Source: a virus. Taken from it: a stretch of 11,824 nucleotides of DNA. This document shows positions 1-6,333 of the stretch, piece after piece (the stretch's first letter is position 1; every line of letters begins with the position of its first letter). The position numbers were made by a program, and so were the translations under genes. The stretch lies in UHGV virus genome UHGV-1586438, one strand, 5' to 3'. Under the pieces are notes generated by a model that was not told where the DNA came from, did no database searches, and saw only the letters and a program-made list of their open reading frames with translations.

Positions 1-315
1 ATTACTGACATGCAGATGCGTCAGCGTGATGTTGCTGCGCTCGATGCAAAATACACGAAGGAGTTAGCTGATGCGAAAGCTGAAAATGATGTTCTGCGTG
101 ATGATGTTGCCGCTGGTCGTCGTCGGTTGCACATCAAAGCAGTCTGTCAGTCAGTGCGTGAAGCCACCACCGCCTCCGGCGTGGATAATGCAGCCTCCCC
201 CCGACTGGCAGACACCGCTGAACGGGATTATTTCACCCTCCGGGAACGACTGGTAATGATGCAGGCCCAACTTGAAGGTGCTCAGCAATACATAACCGAG
301 CAGTGTTTAAAGTAA
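1..315 (+). CDS. Rz: Phage i-spanin Rz (inner-membrane spanin), 5'-truncated by the window edge
   Basis: Frame 1 is open from base 1 (ITD MQMRQRDVAALDAKYTKELADAKAEND...) to TAA at 313-315. The translation matches my recollection of the C-terminal two thirds of phage lambda Rz almost residue for residue. It contains an embedded +1-frame Rz1-like ORF, the hallmark of Rz/Rz1 cassettes. The N-terminus lies outside the window. Confidence 0.85.
   Translation: MTDMQMRQRDVAALDAKYTKELADAKAENDVLRDDVAAGRRRLHIKAVCQSVREATTASGVDNAASPRLADTAERDYFTLRERLVMMQAQLEGAQQYITEQCLK
71..256 (+). CDS. Rz1: Phage o-spanin Rz1 (outer-membrane lipoprotein), embedded out of frame within Rz
   Basis: 61-aa ORF wholly inside Rz in the +1 frame. 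It has a signal peptide ending in a lipobox-like LVVVGC (Cys for lipidation) followed by a proline-rich stretch (PPPPPAWIMQPPPDWQTP), which is the lambda Rz1 architecture. Confidence 0.8.
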   Translation: MRKLKMMFCVMMLPLVVVGCTSKQSVSQCVKPPPPPAWIMQPPPDWQTPLNGIISPSGNDW

Positions 316-452
316 AATCTTAACTACAATATGATTCATTTTGATGATTGTTTCATAAGGAACAGTGAAGTAAGATCTAAGAGGAGTTAAATTTTATACA
401 GTATAATCATAATATTGCAGCAAGGTGGTTATAATTGAAAGAATATTTAGAT
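316..452 (+). promoter_or_regulatory. AT-rich intergenic region upstream of trkG; candidate promoter/RBS region
   Basis: 137-bp AT-rich non-coding gap between the Rz stop and the trkG ATG. TATAAT hexamers occur at 402-407 and 430-435 but neither has a convincing -35 partner, and no strong Shine-Dalgarno precedes the ATG at 453. Exact promoter position is not resolvable by eye. Confidence 0.25.
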
Positions 453-1910
453 ATGAATACATCTCATGTAAGAGTTGTTACTCATATGTGTGGGTTCCTG
501 GTTTGGCTCTATAGTCTTTCAATGTTGCCACCAATGGTTGTAGCATTGTTTTATAAAGAAAAAAGCCTGTTCGTTTTCTTTATAACTTTCGTTATATTTT
601 TTTGCATTGGTGGCGGAGCGTGGTATACAACTAAGAAATCTGGCATTCAATTACGTACCCGTGATGGGTTTATTATAATTGTAATGTTTTGGATTTTGTT
701 TTCTGTTATTAGTGCATTCCCTTTATGGATTGACTCAGAACTTAATTTAACGTTCATTGATGCTCTGTTTGAAGGGGTTTCTGGAATAACAACAACAGGA
801 GCAACTGTAATTGATGATGTTAGTTCATTACCTCGGGCAATTTTGTACTATCGGTCACAGTTAAATTTTATAGGTGGTTTAGGAGTTATTGTTCTGGCGG
901 TTGCTGTATTGCCATTATTGGGTATTGGTGGTGCAAAGCTTTATCAGTCAGAAATGCCGGGGCCATTTAAGGATGACAAACTCACTCCCCGCCTGGCCGA
1001 TACGTCACGGACACTGTGGATAACTTATTCTTTATTAGGTATTGCTTGTATTGTCTGTTATAGACTTGCAGGAATGCCTTTGTTTGATGCTATTTGTCAC
1101 GGGATTTCCACAGTTTCGCTTGGTGGTTTCTCAACTCATAGCGAGAGTATCGGATATTTTAATAACTATTTGGTTGAGCTGGTGGCTGGTTCTTTTTCCC
1201 TGCTATCGGCTTTCAACTTCACTCTTTGGTATATTGTTATTAGCAGGAAAACGATAAAACCTTTAATCAGAGATATTGAACTTCGTTTCTTTCTGTTAAT
1301 AGCCTTAGGGGTGATCATTGTTACCTCTTTCCAGGTCTGGCATATAGGTATGTATGACTTGCATGGAAGTTTTATTCATTCGTTTTTTCTTGCCAGCTCC
1401 ATGCTCACTGATAATGGTTTAGCTACGCAAGATTATGCAAGTTGGCCCACGCACACGATAGTGTTTTTGCTGTTGTCAAGTTTCTTTGGGGGATGTATAG
1501 GTTCAACTTGTGGTGGAATTAAGTCACTTCGATTTCTTATACTTTTCAAACAAAGCAAACACGAGATAAATCAGCTTTCTCATCCCAGAGCGTTGTTGAG
1601 TGTAAATGTAGGAGGGAAGATAGTTACAGATCGTGTAATGAGGTCTGTATGGAGTTTCTTTTTTCTTTATACTCTCTTCACGGTGTTTTTTATACTGGTG
1701 TTAAATGGTATGGGATATGATTTTCTTACATCATTTGCAACAGTGGCTGCATGTATTAATAATATGGGATTAGGTTTTGGGGCTACTGCATCGTCATTCG
1801 GAGTGCTTAATGACATTGCAAAATGTTTAATGTGCATAGCTATGATTCTTGGTCGCCTTGAAATTTATCCTGTTATTATATTGTTTTCAGGTTTTTTTTG
1901 GCGCTCCTAA
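453..1910 (+). CDS. trkG: TrkH/TrkG-family K+ uptake membrane protein (prophage moron)
   Basis: 485-aa polytopic membrane protein from ATG 453; the track's 435 start is a TTG six codons upstream. It shows TrkH-family signatures: repeated pore-loop glycine motifs (GVSGITTTGATV, LGGFSTH, ATQDYASWP), the EMPGPFKDDKLTPRLADTSRTLW segment, and FGGCIGSTCGGIKSLRFLILFKQ. N-terminus MNTSHVRVV and length match my recollection of E. coli K-12 TrkG, which sits immediately downstream of the Rz/Rz1 homologues in the Rac prophage. The gene is markedly more AT-rich than its neighbours. Confidence 0.9.
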   Translation: MNTSHVRVVTHMCGFLVWLYSLSMLPPMVVALFYKEKSLFVFFITFVIFFCIGGGAWYTTKKSGIQLRTRDGFIIIVMFWILFSVISAFPLWIDSELNLTFIDALFEGVSGITTTGATVIDDVSSLPRAILYYRSQLNFIGGLGVIVLAVAVLPLLGIGGAKLYQSEMPGPFKDDKLTPRLADTSRTLWITYSLLGIACIVCYRLAGMPLFDAICHGISTVSLGGFSTHSESIGYFNNYLVELVAGSFSLLSAFNFTLWYIVISRKTIKPLIRDIELRFFLLIALGVIIVTSFQVWHIGMYDLHGSFIHSFFLASSMLTDNGLATQDYASWPTHTIVFLLLSSFFGGCIGSTCGGIKSLRFLILFKQSKHEINQLSHPRALLSVNVGGKIVTDRVMRSVWSFFFLYTLFTVFFILVLNGMGYDFLTSFATVAACINNMGLGFGATASSFGVLNDIAKCLMCIAMILGRLEIYPVIILFSGFFWRS

Positions 1911-1996
1911 TATATGGCTGATTTATAATTGTGAGTTTAATATTATGTTGACTCACTCATTGATCCAATACCTAACTTTACCAGCAACCCCTCCGT

Positions 1997-2030
1997 CCCC
2001 AGTAGCACTGGCTGCTGGGGTGCGTTTTAT
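1997..2030 (+). terminator. Candidate intrinsic terminator downstream of trkG
   Basis: Hairpin CCCCAGTAGC (1997-2006) / loop ACTG / GCTGCTGGGG (2011-2020), a 10-bp stem with one G-U pair, followed by TGCGTTTTATT. The U-tract is interrupted, so efficiency is uncertain. Confidence 0.4.
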
Positions 2031-2047
2031 TCATAAAGCAAGGCTGT

Positions 2048-2839
2048 ATGAGCGAGAAATTAAAGATAGTCTATCGCCCATTACAAGAATTGTCACCGTA
2101 TGCGCACAACGCCAGGACGCACAGCCCTGAGCAGGTGGCACAACTGGTAGAAAGTATTAAGCAATTCGGCTGGACTAATCCGGTGCTGATTGACGAAAAG
2201 GGCGAAATTATTGCGGGTCACGGTCGTGTTATGGCGGCTGAAATGCTCAAAATGGATTCTGTTCCGGTCATTGTTCTGTCTGGCCTGACGGATGAGCAGA
2301 AAAAGGCGTACCGCCTGGCAGATAATCGCCTGCCGATGAATGCTGGCTGGGATGAAGATCTGTTGCGGATGGAGCTGTCGGACCTAATCAATGCTGATTT
2401 TGATGTCTCCCTGACAGGCTTCATCCCGACAGAAATTGATGAACTGTTGACGGATGTTTTGCCCGGTACAGGAAATGAGGAGGAGCCGTATACGACGAAA
2501 ATTGATACGCCTGTTTATGAGCCGTCGGGCGGTAAACCGGATATCAGTGAACTGTACGACGATACGAAAACTCAGGAGCTGATCAGCCGGATACGTTCGG
2601 CGTCCCTTGAGCCTGATATTGAGAAATTCCTCCTGTGTGCGGCAGAACGTCACACGGTGTTTAATTTCAGCAGAATTGCGGACTATTACGCTCACGCCCC
2701 CTCTGAAATTCAGTGTTTTTTCGAGGAGTCGGCGCTGGTGATCATTGATTATCAGCAGGCTATTGAAAATGGATTTGTCCGGATGACGCAGCGCATGGTG
2801 GAGATCATGCATGGTGGTGAGGAGGAGGAATATGCGTGA
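2048..2839 (+). CDS. ParB N-terminal domain (ParB/sulfiredoxin-like nuclease) protein with an uncharacterised C-terminal half
   Basis: 263-aa ORF with AAGG 5 nt upstream of the ATG. The N-terminal ~100 aa (LQELSPYAHNARTH...PVLIDEKGEIIAGHGRVMAA...VIVL) has the ParB-N/Srx pattern, including a GxGR-type motif. The acidic C-terminal part is unassigned. Position (after lysis genes, before terminase) is typical for phage ParB-like proteins. The K-12 Rac gene ynaK occupies the equivalent position but is much shorter. Confidence 0.7.
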   Translation: MSEKLKIVYRPLQELSPYAHNARTHSPEQVAQLVESIKQFGWTNPVLIDEKGEIIAGHGRVMAAEMLKMDSVPVIVLSGLTDEQKKAYRLADNRLPMNAGWDEDLLRMELSDLINADFDVSLTGFIPTEIDELLTDVLPGTGNEEEPYTTKIDTPVYEPSGGKPDISELYDDTKTQELISRIRSASLEPDIEKFLLCAAERHTVFNFSRIADYYAHAPSEIQCFFEESALVIIDYQQAIENGFVRMTQRMVEIMHGGEEEEYA

Positions 2840-3764
2840 TGATTTTTGCGCCTTTATTCTGACTCACGGGCGACCGGACAAAGTTCTGACTTACCGGACG
2901 TTGCGTCGTGCTGGCTATACCGGGAAAATTTTTATCGTTGTTGATGATGAAGATAAGACACGGAATCAGTACATGGCTGAATTTGGTGAACAGGTGCTGG
3001 TGTTTTCCAAAGCCGATATCGCCAGTCGTTTTGACGAAGCCGATAATTTCTGTGACCGCCGCTCAATTTTTTACGCCCGTAATGCCTGTTTCGACCTGGC
3101 AAAACTGGTCGGGTGTAAATACTTCATTCAGCTCGATGATGATTATCACGAGTTCCAGTTTCGGGTGGATCGCAACTATGACCAGGCCTATTTTCCGATA
3201 AGGAAACTGGATGCGATCCTTTCTGAAATGCTGGCGTACTACGAATCAATACCTGCTCTTTCCATCGCTATGTCGCAGGGCGGGGATTTTCTTGGTGACA
3301 ATGGCGGCCATGCTTCGTGGGTGAAACGCAAGGCAATGAACAGCTTTATCTGTTCGGTTGATCGACCGTTCTCATTCATGGGGCGCATTAACGAGGATGT
3401 GAATACGTACACGAATCTCGGTCGCTGTGGTGAATTGTTTATGACGATCGGTGCTGTCCAGTTAGGGCAGAAACAGACGCAGAAAAACAGCGGTGGAATG
3501 ACCGAGCTGTATCTGGATTCCGGAACCTACGTTAAAAGTTTTTACTCCGTCATGTATGCGCCGTCGTGCGTAAAAATCTCACTGATGGGTGCCAGCCATA
3601 AACGCATTCACCATCAGGTCACCTGGAACAACGCTGCAGTAAAAATCCTTCACGAAAAATACAGGAAGAAGACACCCTGCATATCAATGGGGGTGACAAA
3701 TGATTCCGTATTCGAAAGTCGAGTCTCTGGCAGCGTGCCGGATGACTGCACAACAAATCGCTGA
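2832..3764 (+). CDS. GT-A-fold glycosyltransferase-like protein (DxD motif); substrate unknown
   Basis: 310-aa ORF starting at ATG 2832, with GGAGGAGGAA immediately upstream and an 8-nt overlap (ATGCGTGA) with the ParB-like stop, implying translational coupling. Motif order resembles GT-A/GT2 enzymes: FILTHGRPD (beta1), IFIVVDDEDKT (acidic DD motif), FIQLDDDYHEF (DxD). The assignment is motif-based inference only. Confidence 0.6.
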   Translation: MRDDFCAFILTHGRPDKVLTYRTLRRAGYTGKIFIVVDDEDKTRNQYMAEFGEQVLVFSKADIASRFDEADNFCDRRSIFYARNACFDLAKLVGCKYFIQLDDDYHEFQFRVDRNYDQAYFPIRKLDAILSEMLAYYESIPALSIAMSQGGDFLGDNGGHASWVKRKAMNSFICSVDRPFSFMGRINEDVNTYTNLGRCGELFMTIGAVQLGQKQTQKNSGGMTELYLDSGTYVKSFYSVMYAPSCVKISLMGASHKRIHHQVTWNNAAVKILHEKYRKKTPCISMGVTNDSVFESRVSGSVPDDCTTNR

Positions 3765-3951
3765 CGTTCTGGATGTTGATCTGAACCGACTGAAAGAAAA
3801 TCGGGAAGCAATGACAGATTTTTATGCGGCCATCCGTAAGGGCAGAGCGAAAGGTGAAGCCGAGTTACGAGCGGCATTGTTTAAGCTTGCCAGAAAAGGG
3901 GATGCCTTTGCTCTGCGCGAACTACTCAGGGTGGATAAAAATCAGGACTAA
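3700..3951 (+). CDS. Small HTH-like protein of unknown function, immediately upstream of terS
   Basis: 83-aa ORF with GGGGGTGA 5 nt upstream of ATG 3700. It is predicted helical with a helix-turn-helix-like stretch (MTAQQIADVLDVDLNRL) and a basic C-terminus. Its stop (3949-3951) is 3 nt before the terS ATG. It overlaps the last 65 nt of the GT-like gene, so the start is uncertain; an alternative ATG lies at 3742. Confidence 0.5.
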   Translation: MIPYSKVESLAACRMTAQQIADVLDVDLNRLKENREAMTDFYAAIRKGRAKGEAELRAALFKLARKGDAFALRELLRVDKNQD

Positions 3952-3954
3952 CTG

Positions 3955-5049
3955 ATGAGCAGACCGGACTGGGGGGCGTTGCAGCAGGAGTATATTGCTG
4001 AATACACCCGCTCCGGTATATCTCCGGTGGCATGGTGTGAAGCAAGGGGACTGAATTACGCAACAGCCCGTCGTTACATCAAAAAAACTCCGAAAAATGC
4101 GCAGACAGAAATGTGCAAAACTGCGCAAAAAAGTGCGCAGAAAAAATCTGCGCAGACTGCACAAAAGCGGAACGAAAAATCTCAGGAAAAAAAGCCAGTA
4201 TTCGATGCGGGCCTGAATGAGGGCGACGCGGAGGAATTTTCGTTCTGTCCCGATGAATTCGGCATTTCTGACCAGCAGGCTAAGTTTGCGATGCTTGTTG
4301 CTCAGGGTAAAAAGCCGACAGAGGCGTACCGACTAGCCGGTTATGAGGGGCAAGGTGCGACAGCTAACAGCAACGCCAGTCGTATGCTTAGAAATGCCAG
4401 GGTTTTTCGCGCTATCAGCTACTTCCGCAATCAGTACCAGAAACGCTATACCGCAGACCTGGATTTACTAGTGAGTCAGTTGATGGCTATTGTCCTGGCC
4501 GACCCCAATCAGCTTGCACAATTTCGCCGTGTTAACTGCCGTTATTGCTGGGGCGAGAATCATCTCTACCAGTGGCGCGATATAGCAGAATTCGACAAGG
4601 CAGCGGCGCAGGCTTCCAGAGATGGCAAACCCGAACCGGAATATGGAGGCCTCGGCTTTGTTGATAACGCCATACCCAATCCGGACTGCCCGAAGTGCTG
4701 CGGTGAGGGAACGGGACAGCTTTATATGGCTGATACCACTCTGCTTGATGGGGATGCGCGGCAATTATATGCAGGGGCAAAATTCGGAAAATTCGGCGTT
4801 GAGATCCTGCTGGAGGATAAGGCTGCCGCCCGGCGTGAATTGTTGCGTTTGTTTTCTGCTGGCGGGGCTTTATGTGCAGATAAACGGCTACAGGAACTGG
4901 AAATTGAACGGCGCAGAATGGAAAACCAGAAGCTGCGCAAAGAGATCGAAACGGTGGAAGATAATGAACATCCCCAGCCTGTGGCGATCAATATTAATGT
5001 GGTTGATGCCAGAGTAAGGAGTGATGAAGATGATCTCTCCGACGCTTAA
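3955..5049 (+). CDS. Terminase small subunit (Terminase_2/P27-like core with N-terminal HTH extension)
   Basis: 364-aa ORF with AGGA 7 nt upstream. It has an N-terminal HTH-like region (GISPVAWCEARGLNYATARRYIKK), a low-complexity xAQK linker, a core resembling the Terminase_2 signature (QQAKFAMLVAQGKKPTEAYRLAGYEG...SNASRMLRNARV), paired CxxC motifs and a C-terminal coiled-coil-like segment. It lies directly upstream of, and overlaps, the terminase large subunit gene. Confidence 0.75.
   Translation: MSRPDWGALQQEYIAEYTRSGISPVAWCEARGLNYATARRYIKKTPKNAQTEMCKTAQKSAQKKSAQTAQKRNEKSQEKKPVFDAGLNEGDAEEFSFCPDEFGISDQQAKFAMLVAQGKKPTEAYRLAGYEGQGATANSNASRMLRNARVFRAISYFRNQYQKRYTADLDLLVSQLMAIVLADPNQLAQFRRVNCRYCWGENHLYQWRDIAEFDKAAAQASRDGKPEPEYGGLGFVDNAIPNPDCPKCCGEGTGQLYMADTTLLDGDARQLYAGAKFGKFGVEILLEDKAAARRELLRLFSAGGALCADKRLQELEIERRRMENQKLRKEIETVEDNEHPQPVAININVVDARVRSDEDDLSDA
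4098..4166 (+). repeat. Six phased direct repeats of TG(C/T)(G/A)CA(G/A)A inside terS; candidate pac / TerS-binding site
   Basis: Copies begin at 4098 (TGCGCAGA), 4112 (TGTGCAAA), 4122 (TGCGCAAA), 4134 (TGCGCAGA), 4149 (TGCGCAGA) and 4158 (TGCACAAA), with 9-15 bp spacing. They coincide with the low-complexity peptide TAQKSAQKKSAQTAQK. Confidence 0.5.
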
Positions 5050-6331
5050 TGTGCCTCAGGCGCGATTTCTTTCAATGCCCCATAAATTTAAAGCCTATAT
5101 TGCTGGTTTTGGCTCGGGCAAAACATGGGTTGGGTGTGGCGGCATATGCAAGGGGATTTGGGAGCATCCAGGTATAAATCAGGGATATTTTGCGCCAACG
5201 TATCCCCAAATTCGCGATATTTTTTACCCTACAGTGGAAGAAGTTGCTGCTGACTGGGGATTGAACGTAAAAATTAATGAGGGAAATAAAGAGGTTCACT
5301 TTTATTACGGACGCCAGTATCGGGGAACCACTATCTGCAGATCGATGGAGAAGCCACAAACGATCGTCGGTTTCAAAATTGGTAATGCGTTGGTGGATGA
5401 ACTGGACATTTTGCCGAAGGAAAAAGCCAGAACGGCGTGGCGCAAGATAATTGCACGTATGCGTTATAAGATTGATGGACTTCGCAACGGTATTGACGTT
5501 ACAACCACGCCGGAAGGATTCAAATTTGTCTACGAGCAGTTTGTTAAAGCCGTGCGTGAAAAAACAGAGCTGGCCTCACTGTATGGTCTGGTGCAGGCAT
5601 CTACTTTCGATAATGAAAAGAACCTGCCAGCAGATTACATTCCTTCGCTTCTTGAATCATACCCTCCAGAGCTGATTAAAGCCTATCTTCGAGGACAGTT
5701 TACTAACCTGACAAGTGGTACTGTTTACCATCAGTTTGACCGGAAACTGAATAATTGCGAAGAAGTGGAGCAGCCAGGGGAGCCGATTTATATTGGGATG
5801 GATTTTAACGTTGGAAAGATGGCGGGAATCGTCCATGTGCTGCGTTTGGGGCTTCCATGTGCGGTAACTGAAATCATCAATGCCTACGATACGCCGGATA
5901 TGATCCGCATCATTAAAGAACGCTTCTGGCTGTATGATGGGAATGATTACCGGAAAGTGAGGGAAATTTATATTTATCCAGATGCTTCCGGGGATTCCAG
6001 AAAATCAAGTAACGCAAGTACGACGGATATAGCCCAGCTTAAGCAGGCTGGTTTTAACGTTGTGGTGAACAGCTCGAACCCGCCAGTAAAAGATCGCGTT
6101 AACTCAATGAATGCAATGTTCTGCAATGCCAATGGTGAGCGTCGCTATAAAGTTAATGTGAAGCGTTGCCCGTTATATGCCGAATCTCTGGAGCAACAGG
6201 TCTGGGATGAGAAGGGGGAGCCTGATAAAAAATCTGGCAATGATCACCCGAATGATGCCGGAGGTTATTTCATCGTTAAGCAATTCCCTATTGTCAAACC
6301 GACCGGAAGAGTCACATCACTTCGGATTTAA
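5030..6331 (+). CDS. Terminase large subunit (ATPase/nuclease)
   Basis: 433-aa ORF from ATG 5030, with AAGGAG at 5016-5021 (8-nt spacing); the track's 5021 start is a GTG too close to the SD. N-terminal Walker A P-loop (AGFGSGKT), acidic Walker B-like stretch (NALVDELD), size and position between terS and portal all fit. The start overlaps the terS 3' end by 20 nt. Confidence 0.85.
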   Translation: MISPTLNVPQARFLSMPHKFKAYIAGFGSGKTWVGCGGICKGIWEHPGINQGYFAPTYPQIRDIFYPTVEEVAADWGLNVKINEGNKEVHFYYGRQYRGTTICRSMEKPQTIVGFKIGNALVDELDILPKEKARTAWRKIIARMRYKIDGLRNGIDVTTTPEGFKFVYEQFVKAVREKTELASLYGLVQASTFDNEKNLPADYIPSLLESYPPELIKAYLRGQFTNLTSGTVYHQFDRKLNNCEEVEQPGEPIYIGMDFNVGKMAGIVHVLRLGLPCAVTEIINAYDTPDMIRIIKERFWLYDGNDYRKVREIYIYPDASGDSRKSSNASTTDIAQLKQAGFNVVVNSSNPPVKDRVNSMNAMFCNANGERRYKVNVKRCPLYAESLEQQVWDEKGEPDKKSGNDHPNDAGGYFIVKQFPIVKPTGRVTSLRI

Positions 6332-6333
6332 TT

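Noticed and set aside
435-452. TTG start at 435 extending trkG by six codons (MKEYLD)
   Set aside because: The ATG at 453 yields a 485-aa product starting MNTSHVRVV, matching the length and N-terminus I recall for TrkG. The TTG extension has no better RBS.
1042-1257. 71-aa alternative-frame ORF inside trkG
   Set aside because: It is internal to the well-supported trkG reading frame; the hydrophobic translation is an artifact of T-rich membrane-protein codons.
1945-1980. Possible sigma70 promoter (TTGACT at 1948-1953) for the ParB-like operon
   Set aside because: The only candidate -10 elements at appropriate spacing (CCTAAC or TAACTT) are poor matches. It cannot be supported from sequence alone.
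1849-2130. 93-aa + strand ORF bridging the trkG 3' end and the ParB-like 5' end
   Set aside because: It overlaps the trkG stop region, runs through the hairpin terminator at 1997-2020, and reads out of frame into the ParB-like gene. There is no RBS, so it is probably a chance ORF.
2908-3201. 97-aa alternative-frame ORF inside the GT-like gene
   Set aside because: It is nested out of frame in a gene with clear motif support and has no independent start signals.
4622-5017. 131-aa alternative-frame ORF inside terS
   Set aside because: It is out of frame within terS, with no RBS and an Arg/Cys/Trp-rich translation typical of off-frame reading.
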